Positions 37,671 through 51,255 of a DNA stretch of 64,000 nt are shown here, one piece after another. The stretch is from Squalus acanthias (lineage: Eukaryota): assembly GCA_030390025.1 (NCBI GenBank), contig JASTWF010000035.1:1240001-1304000 (forward strand), given 5' to 3'. Each line of letters opens with the position of its first letter. Within the stretch, counting starts at the first letter, position 1. The position numbers and the translations under genes are program-made. The notes under the pieces are model-generated. The model did not search any database, was not told the DNA's origin, and saw nothing but the letters and a program-made list of their open reading frames with translations.

Positions 37671-38785
37671 TGTGGGAGTGGCAGTGGGTCTGTGGAGCAA
37701 GAACCTGTTGTTCTATCTCAGGATGACAGCATTCCTACTCCCACCACTGCCACTCTGCCATTGCCCTTACTGCTGCCTATCAGCCAGCCAGCCCATGCCA
37801 AGGTGGTGCTGTCTACAGCCTGGCCTTCTAGGTCCACAGCTGGTCGAAGTCCTCCTGAAAGGCCATCTGTACTCTCCCCCCACTGAAAGTAAGCAGCCTT
37901 CCACCAGCCATGCTGCAGCCACTGGGGGAGCACTACATAGGAGCACTAGAGTAGGTAAAGGTACACGAACGACAGGCACTAAGGCAATGCACAAGGGTGA
38001 TTAGTTGATATTGTAATGTTGATTAGATTCAGATAAATGTGTGATTTTTGTTTGGAATGTGTGTTTTGTGGTGGTTCTCACTTCAGCTTTGTGCTCAGGA
38101 GGACGCTGTGATATTCTGTGAAAGAGGGATAGTATGATGGGGAGGTGGTGAGCAACGGCAATCTGGGGTTGCATTCACTGGAATTGGAGTCGGCTGAGGC
38201 ATTCACGTCAACCCGTCTGGAACGGGGATTTGCTGCCCGTCTCCTCCCTCCCTCCTCTTCCTCATCCTCTTCCTCCTCATCCTCCTCCTCCTCCTGAAGT
38301 GGTCCCACAATCCCTGGTGGCAAGGGCTGCCCCCTCATGACAGCCAAGTTGTGGAGCATGCATCAGAGCACCACGAAATGGGACACCTGCTCCGGTGAGT
38401 ACTGGAGGGCTCCTCCTGAGCTTTCAAGGCAGCGGAACTGTTGCTTTAGCACCCCAATGGTCTGCTCGATGATGTTGTTGGTAACATAAGAACATAAGAA
38501 ATAGGAGCAGGAGTAGGCCATTCGGCCCTTCGAACCTGCTCCGCCATTCAATGAGATCATGGCTGATCTTCTGCCTCATTTCCATTCACCGGCCCTATCG
38601 CCATATCCCTTGATGCCCTTACTAGTCAGAAATCTATCGACTTCTGTTTTGAACATACCCAATGACTGAGTCTCCACAGCCATCCCAGGAATCAATCTTG
38701 TGAACCTTCGTTGCACTCCCTCTATGGCAAGGAGACCAAAATTGTATACAGTACTCCAGGTGTAGTCTCACCAAGGCCCTTTATA

Positions 38786-41419
38786 CATAAGAACATAAGA
38801 AGTAGGAGCAGGAGTAGGCCATACGACCCCTCGGGCCTGCTCCGCCATTCAATAGGATCATGGCTGATCCGAACCTAGACTCACGTCCACTTCCCTGCCC
38901 GCTCCCCATAACCCTTAATTCCCTTATCAGCTAGGAAACTGTCTATCTCCGTTTTAAATTTATTTAATGTCGCAGCTTCCACAGCTCTCTGAGGTAGCAA
39001 ATTCCATAGATTTACTACCCTCTGAATGAAGAAGTTTCTCCTCATCTCAGTTTTGAAACGGCAGCCCCTTATTCTAAGATTATGCCCCCTAGTTCTAGTC
39101 TCACCCATCAGTGGAAATATCCTCCCCGCATCCACCTGATCAAGCCCTCTCACAATCTTATATGTTTCGATAAGATCGCCTCTCATTCTTTTGTATTCCA
39201 ATGAGTAGAGGCCCAACCTACTCAACCTTTCCTCATAAGTCAACCCCCTCATCTCCGGAATCAACCGAGTGAACCTTCTCTGAACTGCCTCTAGACCAAG
39301 TATATCTTTTCTTAAATATGGAAACCAAAACTGTACACAGTATTCCAGGTGTAGCCTCACCAGTACCCTGTATAGCTGAAGCAAGACTTCCCTGCTTTTA
39401 TACTCCATCCCCCTTGCAATAAAAGCCAAGATTCCATTGGCCTTCCTGATCACCTGCTGTACCTGCATACTAACCTTCTGTGTTTCATGCACCAGGACCC
39501 CCAGATCCCTTTGTACTGTAGCACTTTGCAGTTTCTTTCCATTTAGATAATAACTTGCTCTTTGATTTTTTCTGCCAAAGTGCATAACCTCACACTTTCC
39601 AACATTATATTCCATCTGCCAAATTTCTGCCCACTCACTTAGCCTGTCTATGTCCTTTTGCAGGTTTTTTATGTCCTCCTCACTCACTGCTTTCCCTCCC
39701 ATCTTTGTATCGTCTGCAAACTTGGATACGTTGCACTTGGTCCCCATCCTCCAAATCGTTAATATAGATTGTAAAGAGTTGGGGTCCCAGCACTGACCCC
39801 TGCGGAACACCACTAGTTACTGATTGCCAACCCGAGAATGAACCATTTATCCCAACTCTATGTTTTCTGTTCGATAGCCAATCTTCCACCCATGCCAGTA
39901 TATTACCCCCAATCCCGTGATTTTTTATCTTGTGCAGTAATCTTTTGTGTGATACCTTGTCAAATGCCTTTTGGAAGTCCAAATACACCACATCCACTGA
40001 TTCCCCTTTATCCACCTTGTTTGTTACGTCCTCAAAGAATTCGAGCAAATTTGTCAAGCATAATTTCCCCTTCATAAAACCATGCTGACTCTGTCCGATT
40101 AAGTTATGCTTATCCAAATGTTCTGTTACTGCTTCCTTAATAATGCACTCCAACATTTTACCAACCACAGATGTTAGGCTAACTGGTCTATAGTTTCCAG
40201 CCTTTTGTCTACCTCCCTTTTTAAATAAGGGCGTTACATTAGCAGTTTTCCAATCTGCTGGGACCTTTCCTGAATCCAGGGAGTTTTGGAAAATTACCAC
40301 CAATGCATCCGCAATCCCTACCGCAACTTCTCTCAAGACCCTAGGATGTAAGCCATCAGGTCCAGGGGATTTATCCGCCTTAAGTCCCATTATCTTACCG
40401 AGTACCATCTCCTTAGTGATTTTAATCGTGTTTAGCTCCTCCCCCCCTATAGCCCCTTGTTTGTCCAGTGTTGGGATATTTTTAGTGTCCTCTACTGTAA
40501 AGACTGATACAAAATATTTGTTCAGCGTATTTGCCATCTCCATGTTCCCCACTACTAATTTCCCGGTCTCGTCCTCTAAGGGACCAACATTCACTTTAGC
40601 CACCCTTTTTCTTTTTATATAACTGTAGAAACTCTTGCTATCTGTTTTTATATTTTTTGCTCGTTTACTTTCATAATCTGTCTTCCCTTTCTTAATTAAT
40701 CTTTTAGTTATTCTTTGCTGGTTTTTAAATGCTTCCCAATCTTCTATCCTCCCACTAGATTTGGCTACTTTATAGGCCCTTGTTTTTAGTCGGATACTAT
40801 CCTTTATTACTTTACTTAGCCACGGATGGCTGTCTTTTCTTTTACGTCCCTTTTTCCTCAGTGGAATATATTTTTCTTGAAAGTTGTGAAATACCTCCTT
40901 GAATGTACACCACTGCTCCTGTACCGTCTTGCACCTTAATTTATTTTCCCAGTCCACTTTAGTCAACTCTGCTATCATACCTTCGTAGTCTCCTTTATTT
41001 AGGCTTAGTACACTGGTTTGAGATCCAACTCTCTCACCCTCCAACTGAATTTGGAATTCAACCATGTTATGGTCACTCATTCCAAGGGGATCCTTTACTA
41101 GGACATTTTTTATTAATCCTGTCTCATTACACAGGACCAGATCTAAGATTGCCTGCCCCCTGGTTGGTTCAGTAACATACTGCTCAAGGAACCCGTCCCT
41201 AATGTACTCTATGAACTCTTCCTCAAGGCTGCCCTGCCCAATTTGATTTGTCCAGTCAATATGAAAGTTAAAATCGCCCATGATTATAGCTGTTCCCTTA
41301 TTACAAGCCCCAACTATTTCCTGATTAATACTCCGACCAATTGAGTTGCAACTGTTAGGAGGCCCATAGACTACGCCCACTAGTGACTTTTTCCCCTTAT
41401 TATTCCTTATCTCCACCCA
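38786..41419 (-). mobile_element. Young CR1 ORF2, nearly complete, one frameshift near 39745
   Basis: 611-aa and 310-aa ORFs covering APE + RT; 3' UTR tail. Confidence 0.93.
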
Positions 41420-41893
41420 ATTGGAGTAAGACTTCTTTACTCCTGTACTCAAATCCTCTTGTAATGAAGGCCAGCATACCATTTGCCTTCCTAATGGCTT
41501 GCTGCACCTGCACATTCACTTTCAGTGACTCATGTACAAGGACACCCAGGTTCTTTTGAGCATCTGCATTCCTCAATCTTTCATCATTTTGGAAATACTC
41601 TGCCTTTCTGTTTTTTCTACCAAAGTGCATAAATCACATTTATCCACATTATAATCCATCTGCCATGTTCTCGCCCACTCACTGAGCCTGTCGAGGTCCC
41701 CTTGAAGCCTCATCACATCCTCTTCGCAACTGACACTGCCACCTAGCTTTGTGTCATCAGCAAATTTGGAAATGTTACATTTAGTCCCCTCATCCAAATC
41801 ATTGATATAGATTGTGAATAGTTGGGGCCCAAGCACAGATCCTTGCGGTACCCCACTCGTCACAGCCTGCCATTCTGAAAAAGACCCGTTTAT

Positions 41894-44120
41894 TGCAATG
41901 GAGAGGGATAGGGCCATACGGCAGGGCAGGGTTTATAATTGGGGGAGGGGTAATTATGATGCGATTAGGCAAGAATTAGGGAGTATAAGATGGGAACAGA
42001 AACTATCAGGGAAAGGCACAAACGAAAAGTGGAGCTTTTTCATGGAGCAATTACTGCGTGTCCTTGATAGGTATGTCCCTGTCAGGCAGGGAGGAAATGG
42101 CCGAGTGAGAGAACCATGGTTCACAAAAGAGGTTGAATGTCTAGTCAAGAGGAAAAAGGAAGCGTATGTAAGGATGAGAAAACAAGGTTCAGTTGGGTCG
42201 ATTGAGGGGTACAAGGTAGCAAGGAATGAGCTAAAAAAAGAGCTTAGGAGAGCTAGGAGGGGGCATGAGAAGTCCTTGGCGGGTCGGATCAAGAAAAACT
42301 CCAAGGCTTTTTACTCTTATGTGAGAAATAAAAGAATGACCAGGGTGAGGGTAGGGCCGGTCAAGGACAGTAGTGGGAACTTGTGCACGGAGTCAGAAGA
42401 GATAGGAGAGGTGAGGAATGAATACTTTTCGTCAGTGTTCACCGAGGAGAGGGGCCATGTTCTTGAGGATGAGAGTGTGATAAAGGTGGATAGGCTAGAG
42501 GTGGTAGATGTTCTGAGGGAAGATGTTCTAGCAATTTTGAAGAACCTGAGGGTCGATAAGTCCCCTGGGCCAGATGGGATATATCCTAGGATTCTTTGGG
42601 AGGCAAGGGAGGAGATTGCAGAGCCTCTGGCTTTGATCTTTGGGTCCTCACTGTCCACGGGGATGGTGCCAGAGGACTGGAGAGTGGCGAATGTTGTTCC
42701 TCTCTTCAAGAAAGGAAATAGGAATGACCCTGGTAATTATAGGCCGGTTAGTCTTACTTCGGTGGTTGGTAAGATAATGGAAAAGGTCCTGAGGGATAGG
42801 ATTTATGACCATTTGGAAAGGGGCAACTTAATCAGGGATAGTCAACACGGATTCGTGAAGGGTAAGTCTTGCCTAACAAATTTGATTGAATTCTTTGAGG
42901 AGGTAACTAAGTGTGTAGATGAAGGTAGAGCAGTTGATGTCGTATACATGGATTTTAGTAAGGCGTTTGATAAGGTTCCCCATGGTCGTCTCATGAAGAA
43001 AGTAAGGAGTTGTGGGATAGAGGGAAATTTGGCCGATTGGATAAGTAACTGGCTATCTCATAGAAGGCAGAGGGTGGTGGTGGATGGAACATTTTCAGAC
43101 TGGAGACCAGTTACCAGCGGTGTGCCACAGGGGTCGGTGCTGGGTCCTCTGCTGTTTGTGATTTTTATCAATGACTTGGAGGAGGGGACTGAAGGGTGGA
43201 TCAGTAAATTTGCTGATGACACCAAGATTGGTGGAGTAGTGGATGAGGTGGAGGGCAGTTGTAGGCTGCAAAGAGACATTGATAGGATGCAGAGCTGGGC
43301 CGAAAAATGGCAGATGGAATTTAACCCTGATAAGTGCGAGGTGATTCATTTTGGTAGGGCAAATTTGAATAAGGATTACAGGGTCAACGGCAGGGTTCTG
43401 AGGAACGTGGAGAGCAGAGGGATCTGGGGGTTCATATCCACAGATCTCTGAAGGTTGCCACTCAAGTGGATAGAGCAGTAAAGAAGGCCTATGGTGTGTT
43501 GGCGTTTATTAACAGAGGGTTTGAGTTTAAGAACCGTGAGGTTATGCTGCAACTGTACAGGACCTTGGTGAGACCACATTTGGAATATTGTGTGCAGTTC
43601 TGGTCACCTCACTATAGGAAGGACGTGGAAGCATTGGAAAGAGTGCAAAGGAGATTTACCAGGATGCTGCCTGGTTTGGGGGGGAGGTCTTATGAGGAAA
43701 GATTGAGGGAGTTGGGGCTTTTCTCTTTAGAGCGGAGGAGGATGAGAGGCGACTTAATAGAGGTTTATAAGATGATGAGGGGGATAGATAGAGTGGATGT
43801 TCAGAGACTATTTCCTCGGGTAGAGGCAGCTGTTACAAGGGGGCATAACTATAAGGTGCATGGGGGGAGATATAGAAGGGATGTCCGAGGTAGATTCTTT
43901 ACTCAGAGAGTGGTTGGGGTGTGGAATGGACTGCCTGCTGTGATAGTGGAGTCGGACACTTTAGGAACTTTCAAGCGGTTATTGGACAAGCACATGGAGC
44001 ACACCAGAGTGATAGGGAGTGTGATAGCTTGATCTTGGTCTCGGACAATGCTCGGCACAACATCGAGGGCCGAAGGGCCTGTACTGTGCTGTACTCTTCT
44101 ATGTTCTATGTTCTATGTTC
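41894..44120 (+). mobile_element. CR1 ORF2 fragment with 3' UTR
   Basis: 545-aa and 188-aa ORFs; (TTCTATG)n tail. Confidence 0.93.
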
Positions 44121-46042
44121 TATCCCTACTCTTTGTTTTCTGTCTGTTAACCAATTCTCAATCTATGCTAGTATATTACCCCCAATTCCATGTGCCCTAA
44201 TTTTGTTCACCAACCTCTTGTGTGGGACCTTATCGAAGGCCGTCTGAAAATCCAAATACACCACATCTACCAGTTCCCCTTTGTCTACTCCACTAGTTAC
44301 ACCCTCAAAGAACTCCAATAGGTTTGTCAATCAGGACTTCCCTTTCATAAATCCATGTTGACTCTGCCCAATCTTACTATTAGTTTCTAAGTGCCCAGTT
44401 ATTGCATCCTTTATAATAGATTCCAGCATTTTCCCAACTAGTGATGTGAGGCTAACAGGTCTGTAGTTCCCCGTTTTCTCTCTCCCTCCTTTCTTAAATA
44501 GCGGGGTTACATTTGCTATCCTCCAATCTGCAGGAACCGTTCCAGAATCTGTAGAATTTTGGGAGATGTCAACCAATGCGTCCACTATCCCAATGGCCAC
44601 CTCTTTCAAAACCCTAGGATGTAGGTCATCCGGTCCTTGAGATTTATCGACTTTTAGTCCCATTAATTTTGCTAGTACTGTTTTTTTACGAATAATAATT
44701 TCTTTAAGTTCCTCATTCTCACCACACCCTTGGTTTTCTCGTATTTCTGGGAGGTTTTTTGTGTCTTCCTCCGTGAAGACAGAAACAAAGTATTTATTTA
44801 ATTTCTCTGCCATTTCCTCATTCCCCATTATAAATTCTCCCGTCTCTGACTGTAAAGAACCTACATTTACCTTCGCCAGTCTTTTCCTTTTCACATACCT
44901 ATAGAAGCTTTTACAATCCGTTTTTATTTTTTTCGCCAGTTTGTGCTCATATTCCAATTTCCCTTTCTTTATCAATTTCTTGGTCCCCCTTTGCTGATTT
45001 CTAAAAAGATCCCAATCCTCAGGCTGACCGCTTTTTCTGGCAACTTTATAAGCTTCCTCCTTTGACTTAATACTCGAATTAATTTCTTTTGTTAGCCATG
45101 GTTGGATCACTTTTCCTTTTGGGTTTTTATGCCCTAGAGAAATATATGTTTGTTGCAAATTATGCATTATTTCCTTGAATGTTAGCCATTGTATGTCCAC
45201 CTTCATACCTTTTAGTGTAGTCTCCCAATCTACATGTCTGTCATTATGAGTGCTGGGCATGAGTGGTGGGGTTGTGGAGGGGAGTCATCAGCCAGATATG
45301 GAGTGGATAGCCCTTGTCTCCGAGCAGTTTGATGTGGTGGCTAGATGATAGCTAGACTTTTGCAGGATGAAGGCATCATGACTGCTGCCAGGATAGCGGT
45401 CATTCACCGTCATGATGTACTAGGCGTGGTCGTACAACAACTGCACATTAAGTGAGTGGTATCCTTTGCAGTTACGGAACATATCAGGATTGGTATACGG
45501 TGCCCGCAAAGCCTTGTGGGTGCAGTTGATGGCACCCTGCACCATGGGGAAGCCCGCTATCCTGGCAAAGTCACATGCGAGCTTGTCGTGCTTCTCTCTG
45601 TTCAGAGAGAAGACAATGTAGTCTATTCTCCTGGAGTGGAGAGACTCTGTGAACTCCCGGTGGCAGCGATGGATGGTGAACTGGGCGATGCTAGCTATGT
45701 TTCCTGCTGCAGACTGGAAGGATCCACTGCCGAAGAAATTGAGGGCCACTCAATTGAAGAGGTAAGAGAAGTGCTCTCGGAAATCCCTAGGTGGGTAAGG
45801 CCTCCTGTTCAGAGCTCTCCTGCCCCTCCTCCTCCTCCCTCTGCGAGCAACTTCTCTTCTTTGCTGCCTCCGCTCCATCCCCCAAAGATACTCGAGTGCG
45901 AGGGGGACTGCAAGTAGCGCCCTCTTGACTGTGAGCAAGTGGTGTGAGCAGAAGCCTTTAAATGAGAATTAAGGCATTCTCCACTTGGACCAACACTGCC
46001 TGTCACCTCAGGAACTTTAGAAAGCTGCAAGAGTTGCAGAAA

Positions 46043-46209
46043 TAACAACAGAAAACGCTGGAAAAACTCAGCAGGCCAGGCAGCATCCGTGGAGAGAGAA
46101 AGAGAGTTAACGTTTCAGGTCGATGACCTTTCATCAGAACTGGGAAGAGCCGGAAATCAAATAGATTTAAGGCCAGGGTAAAGCTGGGAAAAGGGGGAGG
46201 GGATAAAGG
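46043..46209 (-). mobile_element. Penelope-type terminal fragment (type A) containing a hammerhead motif at 46105-46141
   Basis: 14-bp TSD AAGAGTTGCAGAAA (46029, 46210); AGUU-CUGAUGA-A-AGGUC(AUC)GACCU-GAAACGUU-AACU. Confidence 0.78.
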
Positions 46210-46605
46210 AAGAGTTGCAGAAAGTTACACAGAGCCAGTCAAACTGAGAAAGAAACCATGTCAGCTGCAATTTGTTGATGATGATCCCTTTAAATATTGC
46301 TACGGGAGGCTCCTTCCTACTGCTGAATGCTTGGTCAGCTGGTCGTGATTAAGAGATGGCGGTAAGTGGAGCGACGTCAGCGAAAATGGCAGATCGTACG
46401 TCAAGTGAGCGTTGCACACTCATTGACGTCAAGATCTGCCTCATTTTCATTACTGCAGCGAGCGCTGGCAACGGCAGCGCTAACGACCTGCTGAAAATGG
46501 CGGCTGCCGCGGGACCCACCGGAAGTGGGAGGAGGCGAATCGCTCGCCATTTTTTCTTCAAAATGGGCCTTAACAGCCGGCGCTAAATCCCCGAATTTCT
46601 AGGCC

Positions 46606-47052
46606 TCGGACTCCAAGGGTTAAATTACGAGGGAGATTACGCAAACTAGGCTTATATTCCCTGAAATTTAGATGGTTAAGGGTCATTTGATCGAAGATTT
46701 CAAGATATTAAGAGGAACAGATAGGGTAGTTAGAGAGAAACTATTTCCGCTGGTTGGAGAGTCTAGGACTGGGGGCACAGTCTGAAAATTAGAGCCAAGC
46801 CTGTCGGGAGTGAAATTAGGAAACACTTTACACACAAAGGGTGGTAGAAGTTTGGAACTCTCCCACAAACGGCAATTGATGCTCGATCAATTGTTTATTT
46901 TAAATCTGAGATTGATAGATTTTTGTTAACCAAAGGTATTAAGGGATATGGGCCAAAGGCGGGTATTTGGAGTTAGGTTGCAGATCAGCCATGATCTCAT
47001 TGAATGGCGGAACAGGCTCGAGGGGCTGAATGGCCTCCTCCTGTTCCTATGT
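46606..47052 (+). mobile_element. CR1 3' fragment
   Basis: Degenerate RT end and 3' UTR. Confidence 0.8.
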
Positions 47053-47059
47053 TTGTGTT

Positions 47060-47238
47060 ATTTTAACTTTCAGAAATAGTGTAAAACAGGTGGGAGTGGA
47101 TCGGCCACCTCATTATACACCCTGCCTGATTTTTCTCTGTATTCACTTCAGTGGAAAGTAAAATTGGGCAGGGTGTATAACAGGCAGCTAATCCACAACC
47201 GCCTGGATTGCACCATCTCTGAAAGTTAAAATCAGCCC
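47060..47238. mobile_element. Small palindromic MITE
   Basis: Outer arms ATTTTAACTTTCAGA/TCTGAAAGTTAAAAT, inner arms TTATACACCCTGCC/GGCAGGGTGTATAA; right end AAAATCAGCCC. Confidence 0.65.
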
Positions 47239-47659
47239 TTGAGTTTCAGTACAGGTAACGTGCAAGTGTTTATACATTACAAGATAAACTAATGAATTGT
47301 GTTGAACCAGTTAGGGGAGAGACAGCAGCAGATTGTGGAGTGATGGTAAACTCAACACTTACCGAGGTACAAATTGGTCTTGTTGTGCCCATATTTCAGA
47401 TGGAAAATGGGGGCACAAAGGACGACTTTCGGGGTGCAACGCCCCACACCCGATCAGCGCCTGCGTTCCTGGCGCCATACTGGTTAAAGGCTTTGCAGGT
47501 ATCCGGAGTGGCTGCCTCAAAACAGGTGTTAGGCCCCTTACATATGTAAGTGAGAGGCCTAATGCCTGTTTTAAGCCCCCTTGCAGGAGCCAGGCCTGCT
47601 CTGCTTGGGATTCTTCAGTAACCACCACCAACAGGTAAGTTGAATTGTTACCTTTGCTT

Positions 47660-50600
47660 GATGCCGCGTACATGAAGGCCGCGTAGCGGGTCGGGAACTC
47701 GATGTGCTAAGCAGTGCGTTGCTCAGAGCGCCTTTAACTTAATGGCCCCAATTGAAAGACTCGCGCATTTCCCAGCCCTATTAAATGGTGCAGGTCTGAT
47801 GATGTCATCGATGACTCGTTTCCAGCATGGATATTTAAAGCAGCTTTGCACTCAACTGATTTGAAGGTTGCTAGAGGAGGGTGGAACCTGACAAACAAAG
47901 GCCACAGTACTCTTATAAATTTGGAAGGATGGATAGCCAAAGGCAGAGGGCTGTACCACGCTTCCTCAGACTCATCACTGCATACTCTGGTGGAGGCTGT
48001 CAGAGCACGCAGGGAGGTCCTCTTCCCTGCTGATAGGCTAGGGAGACCTCCACAAGAAACAAAAAGAGCCTGGCTGGATATAGCTGAGCAGGTCAGCAGC
48101 AGGGATGTGGTGAGGAGGACCTGGATACAGTGCAGGAAACGCTTCAATGATCTCATGAGGTCAGGAAAGGTGAGTGCCATGCCACATCTGTCATCCTGAT
48201 GTGCCTGTCAACACTTCCCCATCACTCTGCCTTCCCAAGCCTACTCCTGCACATCATTCCTCACACCAACCTACCTCCAGGTCCACCCATCCCTCTCTCT
48301 CTATGTACATACTCACATCCCCATCTGACTAACCACCCCAACTGGAGGAGGAAGATGGATCCTCAGAGGAACTTCCAGCCTCTGAGGGTGCAGTGTCAGC
48401 AGACCCAAGCACAACCAGCACCAGCGAAGATTCGCACACCTCGGTGGGTCCTTTGCGCCATAGAGTAGAGTTGTCATCTGGTGTCTCACAAGTGAGCAAG
48501 AGCAGGTGGTGTTGACAGGGACAGCAGTGGAGACTCTTCGCCGGAGGGCGCAGGACAGTCCAAGCTCTGCTGAGCTGCATGCAGACAGCGAGCCTCGGGG
48601 CCATTGAGAAAGAGAGTGATCCTGGAGGGTCAGCAACAATTGCACAAGGCTCTGGCATCTTTTGCAGCTGCAATGTCTTCAAATGTCAAGAGAATGGAGG
48701 AGTCCATCTCCAACATGAGCACCACCATATCGCAAGCGATGGCGACGATGTGCTCTTCCGTGGAAAGGATGGCCACCTACATGGAGCAGCTAATGCACCA
48801 CTCACATGAGCACATGCTAGCTGTGGACAAATGCGCCACTCACATGCGACCTCCTCTCAAGGGCCTTCATCACCCCACTGCTGTGCAGCAAGTACTCGCC
48901 AGCTCCTTGGTAGCAGGGAAGTGCCGGTGGCCTATGGGAGGGAACATGGTTAGAGGAGACATGGAAGTGGGGGCTCTTCTCAAAATGCTTCCACTTCTCC
49001 CCCTCAGTCAGAGGCCCCACATGCTTCCTCGGATCCTGATGGCCGAGTCTGCCCCTGCAAAGTCGCAGGAAGAGCAGACTTTGACGGGGCCATCACAGGC
49101 TCCTAAACCCAGAGGACGTCCGCCAAAAGTGTCTGACGAGTCACAGCAGGGAACTGAGCACCTGCAACTACCTCTGCTGAAGCCACAGGGGTTGCACTTT
49201 GTAGAAGCACTTGTAAAAGAAAAATGACACAGCAGTAGATGCACGTGGGTGTATCAAAAAATGTTAATGCTAAGTTTCAGTTATTTTGATGACACACATA
49301 AATGTCCATTTTTGCCTCAAACCTTGGAAGTGGCTTTGTCACTTGGAGTGAATGGTGAGACATTATTTAACTTTGAGCATTGGGGCTTTGGGTGAGAGGA
49401 ATGGATTGGTCATTGTAGGGATGCTTTATGGTGTTGTTGGGGGGGACTTAGTACAGCATGTGGCAAGCATGTGGCTGCATTGGAGCAAGTTAAATAAATC
49501 TGGCCATGATGAGGCCATCCTGGGCCTCCCGGTCAGCAATGTGCACCACTGCTGGTGCCATCTGCACCTCAGGTTCCTCCTCCTTGTCTTCCACCTTCTC
49601 CTCCTCCTCTGAAGAGGCTGTGTGCTGTGCGCCATGCTCCTCCTGCTGCTCCAATCCTCGCTGCTGTGCTATGTTGTACATCGCGCAGCAAACGACGATG
49701 ATTCTGGAGACCCTGGCTGGTGTGTATTAAAGGGCTCCTCCGGATCTGTCAAGGCATCTGAAGCGCATCTTCAGCATGTTCAATTGCTTGCTCTATGACA
49801 CATCTGGTGGATATCTGGCTCTCATTATAACGCTCCTCAGCCTCAATACTTGGGCTCCTCAGGGGTGTCATGAGCCACGTCTTCAGTGGATAGCCCTTGT
49901 CTCCAAGCTGCCAGCTAGTAAGTCTGTTTGGAGGTGCGAAGAGCTGAGGGAGGTTGGACTGGCGCAGCACAAAAGAGTCATGACCTGCTAGGGAATCTGG
50001 CGCACAGCGCACAAATGCATAATCATCTTTTTATGGTTGCAGACGCACTGCACATTGAGGGAGTGGAAGCCCTTGCGGTTCACAAATACTCCTGGGTGAT
50101 GATGGGCTGCCTTCATGGCCACATGTGTGCAGTCGATGACACCCTGCACCTGTGAGAAGTCAGCCAGAGCCGCGAAGCCGAGCACCCGCTCTGTAACACT
50201 GGCCTCATCAGTGGGAAAGTTGATATGATTGGCTGACTTGTGAAACTTGGCATCGGTCACCTGGGTGATGCAACTGTGAGCGGCTGACTGAGATCCCGCA
50301 GATGTCTGCGGCAGATCCCTGGAGGAGCCTGAGGCGAAGAAGTTGAGGGCGGTGGTGACTTTGACATTCACTGATAAGGAGTGTCCACCAGGACCTTTGG
50401 GCAGCAGGTCTTGTTCCAGCAAGCTACAAATGTCTATGATGACCTGGCGCGATAGTCTGAGCCTCCAGAAGCACTGCTGCTCAGTCATACTGAGGAAGCT
50501 CATCCTCTGCCTGTATACCCTGTGTTGGGGGTATCGCCTCTGGCGTGCTGCAGCCCTGTGGTGCACTCCTCCTGTGGAGCATCAGGTCATTGAGGAGAAG

Positions 50601-51255
50601 GCTGCTGTTGTGGTTGTTGCTGCTGGTGTGGCTGGTGTTGTTGGTGGTGGGGCTCATCTTGGTCCGATTCTGAGTCCCAAGGTGAGACAGTATAAGTGGC
50701 ACCCATGCTGATGTAGTAGATGGCAGGTAAAGTGGAGATCAGAGGGCCAATCCCTCAATGTTGTGATAGTGAGTAGCAATGCGGTGAGAGTGGTTTCCGA
50801 GGTTTCAGAAATGACCCTCAAGCTGCAGACACTTAAATCTGTGGACAAGATGGAGTGAGCAAGAGCCTTTTCATGAGGCAAGTAATGAGGTGTAATGTTG
50901 CAGTATTTATGTGCTTTTCTCAGCTGTCAATGAATGAACTCGCCAATGGCCACTGAGCTTCCGTCTCCCCTTCACAGGCGAGGTACTCGACCTCCGTGAA
51001 TCCCGTGCTCTTGCAGTAAAACTTAAAAGCTGACGTTAAAATCACTCTTAAGGGTCTCTCAACAAGCACTTAATGATTTCAATGAGGTCTCCCGGCCTCT
51101 GCCGATTGGGTCCGTGTCACGCCTTCAAAGCTGCCCGCGTTAAATAGGCGAGGCAGCAGGATGACGGCAGGTTCCCGACATGCTCGCTATTTCCGGATTT
51201 TTTACTGCTGACCCACCCCCAAACCCGCACACTCGGCAACGGGAAAATTCCGGCC
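47660..51255 (-). mobile_element. PIF/Harbinger #3 (defective): Myb-like (+, ~47930-49227, exon 2 deleted) and transposase (-, 50706-49490)
   Basis: [31 protein letters not shown] motifs; right TIR AAAATTCCGGCC; left boundary uncertain. Confidence 0.82.

Larger units (their letters stand above)
38483..45235 (-). mobile_element. CR1 (-) hosting two younger CR1s (pieces 38483-38785, 41420-41893, 44121-45235)
   Basis: Sequence is colinear across the junctions, e.g. GACCCGTTTAT|CCCTACTC. Confidence 0.8.
37671..46605 (-). mobile_element. Harbinger #4 remnant: Myb-like C-terminus (+, 37671-38004) and transposase (-) split into 38160-38482 and 45235-45950
   Basis: GAINCTH, GDKGY..WLMTP, then NNIIEQTIGVLKQQFRCL across the 6.75-kb insertion; TIR-like AATTTCTAGGCC at ~46605. 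Confidence 0.72.

Noticed and set aside
39680..43451. Novel N-terminal extensions on the 611-aa and 545-aa RT ORFs
   Set aside because: Read-through across nested CR1 junctions at ~41420 and ~41893.
31815..46605. A single 14.8-kb Harbinger spanning both TIR-like ends
   Set aside because: TIRs match poorly, there is no TSD, and the flanking CR1s are not colinear; probably a composite of several elements.
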